The notes below the pieces were generated by a model. The model was not told the DNA's origin. It worked only from the letters and a program-made list of their open reading frames with translations, and ran no database searches. From IMG/VR virus record IMGVR_UViG_3300020036_002912: a DNA stretch of 20,000 bases. The stretch is one strand, 5' to 3'. Origin of the DNA: an uncultured virus (IMG/VR IMGVR_UViG_3300020036_002912) (Duplodnaviria; Heunggongvirae; Uroviricota; Caudoviricetes). Made by a program: the position numbers and the translations under genes. Positions 1 to 8,400 of this stretch are shown piece by piece (positions within the stretch are counted from its first letter, which is position 1; each line of letters begins with the position of its first letter).

Positions 1-717
1 GTTATAAGTAAAGACTTCACCGTGGCTTACAGTCATGTTACCGGTAAGTTTATAGGGTTTTACGACAAATGTCCGGCGATCTGGCATAACCATAATCAGG
101 TGGTGCTATCAGCTAATAATCCTAAGAACATTCAGAAGTACTACGCGGCGGATATGTATGTTCCTGCAGATTTTGAATTGGGGGATGTTATTTGTGTTGG
201 TGAGAAAGAATATATTTGTACGACAGCAGGTACCGTATCGGCATACGCAGCAACACCTTCAGCTTCATTATTCACTCTTATAAATCAAACCAATCAGATC
301 TATGTGGAGAATGAAGAGAAAGCTTACACTGTTAATATTGAGGGGTATGAATACAATAAGTATTACGGTCGTGTGGTGAATAACGAAATAGAGGTGGTGG
401 TTAATCCTAAGTCTACAGAGCCAAGCGTGTTCGATAACTTCATTATGAGTTCTAACAACGTGAATTTCACTGATGTAACCGTAGAAACAACGGATCAAAC
501 AGCTAGTGATTTGAGTATCACTCTTAGTAATAGGGACTACCAATACACTGATAAAGCATGGAGAAGCAGTTTGCCGATCAGCGCTACCGGACGGATGGTT
601 GACTACTTCTTAAAGGCTACATTCACAAAGAAGAACTGGACTACTGATCCTACTACAGTAGCGACAAGTGTTAAAATTCTCAATTTTATCAAAACTATTT
701 TCAGAATCTCAAAATAA
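1..717 (+). CDS. Probable tail/virion stabilisation protein, C-terminal part (5' truncated by window edge)
   Basis: Frame is open from base 1 (GTT ATA AGT AAA GAC TTC ACC GTG...) to TAA at 715-717, so the GTG at 22 is probably internal. Beta-rich, Thr/Asn-rich sequence. The C-terminus (KAWRSSLP...GRMVDYFLKATF) resembles, from recall, ends of crAss-like stabilisation proteins, and the gene lies just upstream of putative ejection genes. Confidence 0.5.
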   Translation, partial: VISKDFTVAYSHVTGKFIGFYDKCPAIWHNHNQVVLSANNPKNIQKYYAADMYVPADFELGDVICVGEKEYICTTAGTVSAYAATPSASLFTLINQTNQIYVENEEKAYTVNIEGYEYNKYYGRVVNNEIEVVVNPKSTEPSVFDNFIMSSNNVNFTDVTVETTDQTASDLSITLSNRDYQYTDKAWRSSLPISATGRMVDYFLKATFTKKNWTTDPTTVATSVKILNFIKTIFRISK

Positions 718-718
718 T

Positions 719-746
719 TGTAACTTTTATCAAAAGACTGCGTATA
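719..746 (+). promoter_or_regulatory. Candidate ECF-sigma-type promoter (TGTAAC-N16-CGTATA)
   Basis: TGTAAC at 719-724 and CGTATA at 741-746 with a 16-nt spacer, in the 57-bp gap before the ATG at 775. Matches the general ECF AAC...CGT architecture. Confidence 0.45.
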
Positions 747-774
747 ACTATACAAACCAATAAAACTTATAATT

Positions 775-1281
775 ATGAAAAGAGAGCATTCCCCAGAAAA
801 CATCAAGCTTGGTAAGGTTGTGTTTTTAATCAGTATTGTAGTAGCAATGTTAGCTGTCACTTTTTGCAGCGGGCAGAACTTTAACAACGTGGAGCTTCCT
901 AGGGAAAAGGATCATGGTAAATGGTTTGCCTACTCAAAGGTTGCTTTTGATACTAATGGAGATTCTGTTTTCTTTGGATCAATGTTTTCTCCAGGCCCAT
1001 ACGATTTTAAAACAATATATGTTGTAACTACTGGAAAAAATAAATGTGTACACAATTTAGTATTGGGTGTTTATTTTGAGAGCGGAGCGGTTGTTTACTT
1101 ATCTGCTTACAACGTACAGAACTGCAAGGGGGAGTCTTGGTATGATCTTAGCGAAGAGGAAAAATTAAAGTTCAGGCATAGGAAAATAACAAAGATAGAG
1201 CTTTTTAATCCGTATAACTCTGATTCGTTTAAAGTGGATGATTGGGATTATCAATATTACATTGCTGCAATTAACCAATAA
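775..1281 (+). CDS. Hypothetical exported protein (signal peptide or membrane anchor), moron-like
   Basis: 168 aa. Basic N-terminus, hydrophobic stretch VVFLISIVVAMLAVTF, then CSG-Q (possible SPI cleavage before Gln, or a lipoprotein Cys). Flanked by a candidate promoter and a terminator. Confidence 0.7.
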   Translation: MKREHSPENIKLGKVVFLISIVVAMLAVTFCSGQNFNNVELPREKDHGKWFAYSKVAFDTNGDSVFFGSMFSPGPYDFKTIYVVTTGKNKCVHNLVLGVYFESGAVVYLSAYNVQNCKGESWYDLSEEEKLKFRHRKITKIELFNPYNSDSFKVDDWDYQYYIAAINQ

Positions 1282-1299
1282 GGTGTTAAGAAAATAATT

Positions 1300-1329
1300 A
1301 AAACCCATTGTTTGTACGATGGGTTTTTT
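1300..1329 (+). terminator. Rho-independent terminator
   Basis: AAAACCCATTG-tttgta-CGATGGGTTTT-TT: inverted repeat with one G-U pair, ending in a T-run, 19 nt after the stop at 1281. Confidence 0.8.
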
Positions 1330-1331
1330 GC

Positions 1332-1340
1332 TTATATTTA
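1332..1340 (+). promoter_or_regulatory. Candidate late promoter element TTATATTTA (copy 1)
   Basis: Directly after the terminator and 20 nt before the ATG at 1361. The same 9-mer precedes the gene at 12097. One base from the Bacteroidota -7 element TAnnTTTG. Confidence 0.4.
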
Positions 1341-1360
1341 TAGCAAATTAATTTCATAAC

Positions 1361-3991
1361 ATGAAAGCTCCTAAAATAAAAAAGTATCAAGACGGAGGAA
1401 CTCCTAAATATGCTACTAGAAAAATGAACGCTAAAGAGTGGGATGCAGAAAACGCAAAAGCTGGACGCGTTCCTTATTCTGGAAGCGCCGAAGGAAGAGA
1501 AGGACATAAGCAGTATTTTGATCCTAAAGTTTACAAGGAAGAAAAAGATCCATCCACAGGGTTGTTTAAATTAGCTAGATTAGATAATAAAGACGAACTT
1601 CTTCATGATATTTACACTTATGATTATTCTAAGCCTAAAGAAGCGGCTATAGTAAGCAAAGTGCCATCACCGGCAGTTGCAGAAGGACACAAACCATTAG
1701 TTATTGGCACAGCAGGAACTTATGACCCAAACACTGGCACAACTTATATTGATCCTTCTAAAAAAACAGGAACAATTGAGCCGATAGTTGAGCAATACAA
1801 GTCTGGCGGAAAAATCATGAAAGCGCCTTCATTAAAAAAAAAAGTAGGTAAATACGCTAACGGCGGTCCACTTACTCCAGAAGAGCAATCACAAGGAGCA
1901 TACATTCAGAATGGTGTTAAATACAGCGCTAATGGCACTCCTATTATGGGAGATGATACATTTAGAACTACTGGCACTGAAGGAGAGATCACTTCTGCAA
2001 CTACGCAACCATTAACAAACGGAACTGAATTTAAAGTGAGTGGTGATGCTGTAAGCACAGGGCCACAAGCCACTGTTAATGCAGGTGCTCCGGCTCAGCA
2101 AGGTCAAAAGAAAGGTGGTGGCGGAACCGGTGATAAAGTAGGAGCTAGTATGGGATGGTTGCAATATGCAAACATGGCTAAAGATATTGGTAAAGGTCTT
2201 ATTAAAAGAGACGAGATCACCGATCCAAATACAGGCCAAAAATATTCTTATGCTAAAGACAGAAATAGCGCAGGTATTGACAAAGCAATTACTCCATACC
2301 ACGAAAAGTGGCAGAACGATTATAAAGAAGGCGACATGGGAAGTATGGCTGCGACGGGTGCTGGTATGTTAATCGGCGGTCCACTTACTGAAATAGCGTA
2401 TGAGGGACTTATTGGCGAGAAAAAAGACAAAGATAGATTCGAGAAGAAAAAGGCAACATTTGAAGCACAATCTAATACCGCACAAAACATGGGTACTCGT
2501 AATGAACGATCATCATTAGCTAAAGGCGGGACAATCAAAGGTCCTGGCACCGGTAAATCTGATTCTATTTTAAGTAGAATTGGAGATAAGGGTATTGCTT
2601 CAGGAAGCTTTATTGTACCTGAAGAAAATAACGAAATGGCTAAATCTATTCGTGCTAAAATACTTGGAGATAATCCTGAGAAAACAGCAAGCTTTAAAAA
2701 GCTAAACGGCGGTGGTGAAACAGAAGCCGATGTTGCTGTAAGTAATGGAGAACATTTATTCACTCCTAAAGAAAAGAAAAAAATCACAGCTATGTTGGGA
2801 GAAGAAGTTCTTGAAAAACTAGCTCCTGAAGCAGAAGAGAATGATGAAATGAATTGTGGAGGCAAGGTTAAGTTGAAAGACGGAGGTACAGTTCCGGAAG
2901 GCACTAAGCTTGGTAAGTATTACTACAAAAAAGGTAATTGGATTGATGCTAGTGGCAACAAGCTAACTAAAGAATTTGGTCAGAAATACACTGATGCTTA
3001 CTTTAAGCAAACCGGTGGTAAGAGTAAAGATCAATTAGAAATGGAAGCTGATGTAAGAGCTGCTAACGAAAAGAATAATCCGGGTTATAACAGCCCTACC
3101 AAAACAGCCGATCAGTTAGCGTCGTTACAAGACACTAAACCATCTCAATTAGGCCCTAAGAAAGCCCCTAAGTCTAGTGGTAAAAAAACCGGTGTGGAAT
3201 TTGTTCCTAAAATGACAGAAGACACAGGAGATTTCCCTGTAGTTCCAGGAACTAAAGAAAGTGTTTCTTTTACAGAAGCTATTGATCCTGTTTTTAAACA
3301 GAAAGCACCAATGACCGATGCTGGAGCTGATTTATTAGTTACTTCGGCTAAAAAAGCAAGTGATGAATATGTCCCTCAAACAGAAACCAAAAGAGGAAGC
3401 TCTGTATTAAGCGGAATAGGAAGTGCTATGGAATATGCTATGCCGATCGCACAAGGAATAATGGGATACGATTACCTAAACAAAGCAGGTAAGCGCCCGG
3501 TGGACGCAATGGACCCTGACTTCGTTCAAAGTGTAGAGAAGGCTAAACAGAATGCTATGTTTGGATTTGCACCTGAAGAGAAATTCGCTATAGATCAGCA
3601 AAACCAAAACCTTACAAACGCGGCTAGATTTACAGCTCGTAATTTATCGGGAGGTAGCGCGGCGGTTGCTCAATCAAACGAAAGAGCAGCTATTAATGAT
3701 GCTTACATGAGAGGATTAGATTCTGTTATTAAGGGCAAACAATTGCAGATGGATAAACAATTTTATGCTGACCAAACGATACAGGCTAAACAAAACAAGT
3801 CACGTCAATTGTTTCAGGACACTTTAGGTGCATGGAATCAGAATCAGCAAGCGGGAGCTTCTTTATTAGCGTCTGGTTTACAGGGATTAATTGGTGCTAA
3901 AAGGTATCAAGAAACATTAAATACAATGCAAGAAGAAGAAGCTGCTAGAAATGCTTATAAGAATATTGACTATAGTAAATTAATCAAATAA
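1361..3991 (+). CDS. Putative internal virion/ejection (cargo) protein
   Basis: 876 aa, rich in K/G/A/Q. Repeated [YLM]-x-x-GG motifs, a GPGTGKSDSI...SNGE motif of the kind seen in tape-measure/virion proteins, Gly-rich hydrophobic patches and a Gln/Ala-rich helical C-terminus. First of three tightly coupled large genes after a tail gene. Confidence 0.65.
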   Translation: MKAPKIKKYQDGGTPKYATRKMNAKEWDAENAKAGRVPYSGSAEGREGHKQYFDPKVYKEEKDPSTGLFKLARLDNKDELLHDIYTYDYSKPKEAAIVSKVPSPAVAEGHKPLVIGTAGTYDPNTGTTYIDPSKKTGTIEPIVEQYKSGGKIMKAPSLKKKVGKYANGGPLTPEEQSQGAYIQNGVKYSANGTPIMGDDTFRTTGTEGEITSATTQPLTNGTEFKVSGDAVSTGPQATVNAGAPAQQGQKKGGGGTGDKVGASMGWLQYANMAKDIGKGLIKRDEITDPNTGQKYSYAKDRNSAGIDKAITPYHEKWQNDYKEGDMGSMAATGAGMLIGGPLTEIAYEGLIGEKKDKDRFEKKKATFEAQSNTAQNMGTRNERSSLAKGGTIKGPGTGKSDSILSRIGDKGIASGSFIVPEENNEMAKSIRAKILGDNPEKTASFKKLNGGGETEADVAVSNGEHLFTPKEKKKITAMLGEEVLEKLAPEAEENDEMNCGGKVKLKDGGTVPEGTKLGKYYYKKGNWIDASGNKLTKEFGQKYTDAYFKQTGGKSKDQLEMEADVRAANEKNNPGYNSPTKTADQLASLQDTKPSQLGPKKAPKSSGKKTGVEFVPKMTEDTGDFPVVPGTKESVSFTEAIDPVFKQKAPMTDAGADLLVTSAKKASDEYVPQTETKRGSSVLSGIGSAMEYAMPIAQGIMGYDYLNKAGKRPVDAMDPDFVQSVEKAKQNAMFGFAPEEKFAIDQQNQNLTNAARFTARNLSGGSAAVAQSNERAAINDAYMRGLDSVIKGKQLQMDKQFYADQTIQAKQNKSRQLFQDTLGAWNQNQQAGASLLASGLQGLIGAKRYQETLNTMQEEEAARNAYKNIDYSKLIK

Positions 3992-3992
3992 T

Positions 3993-5402
3993 ATGGCAGA
4001 ATATGGTTTAGCTTTAGGTTTATCTCAGGATTTAGGATACGACCAAAGAATAAATGATTTGTATAAAAAGCAAGAGATGATGCGTCTTGCGCATGAGGCT
4101 TCTAATCAGAAAGCTGAAATGTTCGCTAATGATTTGGATTTTACTGAAGGAGGAAATGCTTTTGATGCACCGTTAGTAAAACAAAGGGCTTATGAAACTA
4201 TTAATAAAATAGGACAAATAGCACGAAACAATCCTAATTGGGAATCAGATATTGCTGCCTTAACTCAAATAAAAATGTTGAGAAAAGATTTAAAAGGTAA
4301 TGAACATATTACTAGAGCAATGATTACCAACGACAATTTTAAAAAGCTAAACACGGATATGCAGACTGCTGCAAAAGACCCAAATCAGCATAATATAAAA
4401 GCTTATGAAGACGAGTTGAGTAGATATAGGAATTATGAAGCTTACGGGCACCCTGAAGGAAAAGAAGCGGCAGAAAAAGAGGGGTTAAAGCCGTTTTTGT
4501 ACAATAAACCTAAAGATTTTATTGATATTAATAAGGCATTTGCTGATATCGGTAATAGCTTTAAGGACATGCGTGTGAAGTCGGTTAAGGGTGGATTAGG
4601 AGCTTATGAAGAATATGCTAACCCGGATTCTCTTAAAACAGTGGCGGCACAAATGTATTCTCAAAACCAAAGCCAAATTGATAAGATCGCTGCCCAAAAG
4701 GGTATTGCACCTATTGATTATGTAATGGCAGGCATTAACGCTCACATCCCTAAGAAGCGGGATATGGGCGATTATGGATTGGCTAAAGAAATGGCCATGA
4801 CCCGTTACAAAGCTAAATTAGCTGGCACAGGCGGACCGGAAGCTGATACATACAAAACCTCAATAGTTGATCGCGATCACAGCGTGGTAAGTTCTGATTT
4901 AATGGACTCTATACTTGGTGATGGCGCTAAGACTATCTTAACATCAAACGATGGCAAACAAGTATTGGATTTAACCGGTATTAGCGTTAAGCGTACAGGG
5001 TATAACTTTTACGCTGATCCTCAAAGAGGAGTTAAGTATGCTGAAGGAACGGCTTATATACCTATGGAAAAAGCTATTGAAATGGGAATTGTAAAATCCG
5101 GGTTTGGTATATTCACGGATGATGAAGTGAGTCCTGACTTTAATAAGTTTGCTAAGATCGAATCTAAAGAAGGAGAAGATGGCAAATTACATAAAGCAGT
5201 GAAGATCACTGTATTTAATCCTTTTGATGTAAACAACGCTGCTAATGCGGGTGTGTTTAATGCTAAGACAATGACTTCTAAACAACGTCCTATGCCTGAG
5301 CAAGAATACCAACAAAGTGGTCAACAAATAATGGTGGATGAAGCAGGAAATCTATTTGATGTTTCAAGCGGAACACCTAAATTTATCGGTAAGAAAAAAT
5401 AA
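3993..5402 (+). CDS. Putative internal virion/ejection protein
   Basis: 469 aa, starts 1 nt after the upstream stop. Helical-looking N-terminal half. Function inferred from its position between two other putative ejection genes. Confidence 0.55.
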   Translation: MAEYGLALGLSQDLGYDQRINDLYKKQEMMRLAHEASNQKAEMFANDLDFTEGGNAFDAPLVKQRAYETINKIGQIARNNPNWESDIAALTQIKMLRKDLKGNEHITRAMITNDNFKKLNTDMQTAAKDPNQHNIKAYEDELSRYRNYEAYGHPEGKEAAEKEGLKPFLYNKPKDFIDINKAFADIGNSFKDMRVKSVKGGLGAYEEYANPDSLKTVAAQMYSQNQSQIDKIAAQKGIAPIDYVMAGINAHIPKKRDMGDYGLAKEMAMTRYKAKLAGTGGPEADTYKTSIVDRDHSVVSSDLMDSILGDGAKTILTSNDGKQVLDLTGISVKRTGYNFYADPQRGVKYAEGTAYIPMEKAIEMGIVKSGFGIFTDDEVSPDFNKFAKIESKEGEDGKLHKAVKITVFNPFDVNNAANAGVFNAKTMTSKQRPMPEQEYQQSGQQIMVDEAGNLFDVSSGTPKFIGKKK

Positions 5403-5404
5403 CT

Positions 5405-8400
5405 ATGCCTGAAGACGTAATACCGGTTGGCAGCTTAAAGCCAATACAGCAACCTTCTACACAACCAGTGGGTAATTTAAAACCAATTGGCGGAATAGTG
5501 GAAGGCTTTAATCCAAATGAGCTTATTCAAAACCAAGATAAGTTCAACGAGGTATTGAACAATATTGAAGATGTTTCTGAAGATGAGAAAAACATAATCA
5601 AGAAACTTGCTTTAGCCGCACATGACGGTGATAAGGGAGTGACATCGGCGGATGTGTCCGATGCTATCTTAACCCTACAAGGAAGAAGCAAAGAACAAGG
5701 AGGAGGAAAATATTACGTTAAAGAAGTGGCACCTGAAGTTTATAAACCAATTTCTTTAAAACCAGGAGAAAAGCCACCTAAAGGATATGATGTTGCTAGC
5801 GTTTGGGGAACACAAAGTTCCGCTAATGACGACACGGCTGTTACAAGCTTAGGGAAACATTTATGGAATGGTGTAATAGGAGCAGGAGAAGGACTTATTA
5901 ATATGTCTGATTTAGCTTACGGTGCCGCTACAGGAGAAGAATCTCCTTGGTATCAATCAATGAAGAACTCAGCTCAAAAATTCAAATTCGCCACCCCTGA
6001 TTACGAAAAAGGAGAGATATTTAATACAGAGGGCATAAATAGCGTTTCTGATTTCTTTGATCCTTCACGTTATGATTTTAGCAAGGATAAGGTACAAGGC
6101 CAGATATTTCAGGGATTAGAAAGCTTAACATCGTTCTTATTAGGAACGAAAGGTGTTAGCGGAATTACCGGCGCAACATCAAAGGCCGGTAAGATCGGAG
6201 AAGCTTATGTAGGATCTTATGCCGTTAATTACGGAGAGTCATTACAGGCCGCTGAAGATGCAGGGTTAACCGGTAGAGAGAAGTATGCTTATGCGGGGAT
6301 CACAACCGTGCCAACCGCCGCTTTAGATGTGGCATTTGGTACCGAAGGGTTATTTGTAAAGAATCAATTGGCCCGCGACGGTAAGAAGAAAATGTTAGAA
6401 AGCCTTGCAAAAGGATTTAAAGAAGATATTGGCGGTAAGTTGACAAAAGAATCATTAGAAGATTTATATAAAACAACCACCGCTGCAGCAACAAATTTAA
6501 ACAAATCATTCACCCGTCAATTGGGTGAAAACATATTAGAAGAAGCCGGTACAGAATCAGCACAAGCATTAGTTCAGAATGGTGCTCAGATGATTTACGA
6601 TCAGATATCCAAAGAACCTAAGTTTGGCAAAGATGCCTTTAGTTTAGAGAGCATTGGTGAGTATTTGAATAACGCTATCGGTGGAGCTTTTGGAGCTGCA
6701 GGACCGGGTGTTTATGGTGTAAGCCAAGAACGCAAGGCAAGTAAAGAAGAATTACAAAGCTCAAATGCTTATGAAGCAGTTAAGAAAGGTAAGGATGCGG
6801 TAAACGCGTTAAGGGCCGATGTTTATAGTTCTTACAAAAGTGGTGATTTAAGTCAGCAAGAAGCTGCAAATGCAGTAAGTAAGATCAATGCTTATTATGA
6901 TTTTAATCAGCAATTAGGAGAAACTAAGCTTCCGGATGAACAACGCAAGCAGGTGTTGGATTTAGCCTTCCAAAAGGAATTGCTATATAATTCAATTAAA
7001 GACACCGATAAGGAAAAGTTAAGTCCGATCGAAATGGCTAAGTATGAAGCTAAGGCTAAGATGGCTAAGGACATACAGGCTCAAATTAATGACATTGTTT
7101 TAAAGCCAGAGGTTGAAAAGGAAGTGACGGTTGGTGATAAGACCATGGAGGATATTGCTAAGAAAGAAGAGAAAGAAGCTGAAGCAGGCACCGCTAAACC
7201 TGAAAAGAAGGTTAAGGTTGATGATCGTAAGTTTGAGGTTATACCTCCGGTTGATTGGAACACTAAAAAAGCAAGCGAGAAGTTTAAGATATTAACCCGT
7301 GATCTGCAGGAGTCAAATGAACCGGTACAAGGTAGTTTAACATTGGAGTCAGGCGGACCAGGCAGAACAACATCGGATACAGTGCACGTTAACTTACCTG
7401 GTAACAAATTTGTTATTACAGCAAGCTCCGCCAAGAGCTTAGCAACCCAACTTCGCGGACATTTTAAGACAGAATTTGTTGAAGGAGATATAGAAAATCT
7501 ACCGGTAGTTGTAAAACCAATGCAACTTACTTCAGGAAAAACCGTATTAGGGATATATAATGAAGGAAATGGTAAGTTTATATCATACGTTAGAGAGGAT
7601 GATAAAGGCGGCTCTAAATACTCTAAAGCAGAGGAAGAACAGTTACAACACATCCAAGCTACAGGAAAATTAAGCAAGGGTGAGATTGAATACTATAACA
7701 ATAAAAGAAAAGACGATAAACAACCACCACCAGCGGGTGAAGCAGGAACAATGGAGCCTAAAACTCCAGTTACGCCTATTATGCCACAAGGGGGATTAAA
7801 ACCAATAAGCGATGTTACAACAACCAGACAAACAACAGGAGAAGGGACTACCGTTGGAAAGACGGAACCTGTCACCGGAGACGTTTCAGAAACTTCTGAA
7901 CAAGATGTTAAAAATGTCAAAGAAATTAAAATCAGAACGGGAACGAAGAGGAATCAAACTTCAGTAAAACATCCCGAAAGAAAGAAGGCTTTGGCACATG
8001 AAGTTACAGACCCTTATCATGTGGTGTTGCAATACTTCTCAGGCAAAGGAACGATTAGTTCTGCTGCAATAGGGGAATTGTACGGTACAAAAGGAGATTC
8101 TAATACTAAGGATGAAACTAAGGCGTTTCAAGAAAAGTGGGCTAGAAAAAGTTATACAACATCTAAAGAAAGAACTTTAAAAGGAACAGAAACATTAGAT
8201 GCTTTAGCTCATAAATTATGGGAGGGTAATAGGGCTAATACGCCAGATGCCACTACATCGGAGTACAGAGAAGCTATTGAAACGGCTATTGGTAAACATT
8301 TAATGCCGCGAGAGTTTGCTAAAGAATTGAATGATATTTTAATTCCAAAAGAGCAACGTCAAACATTCGAGAATGAAGAGGCTTATAATGCTTACTATGA

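Noticed and set aside
1834..1843. A10 run as a frameshift or phase-variation site
   Set aside because: It encodes L-K-K-K in a Lys-rich leader. The -1 frame stops within a few codons and no stimulatory structure is evident.
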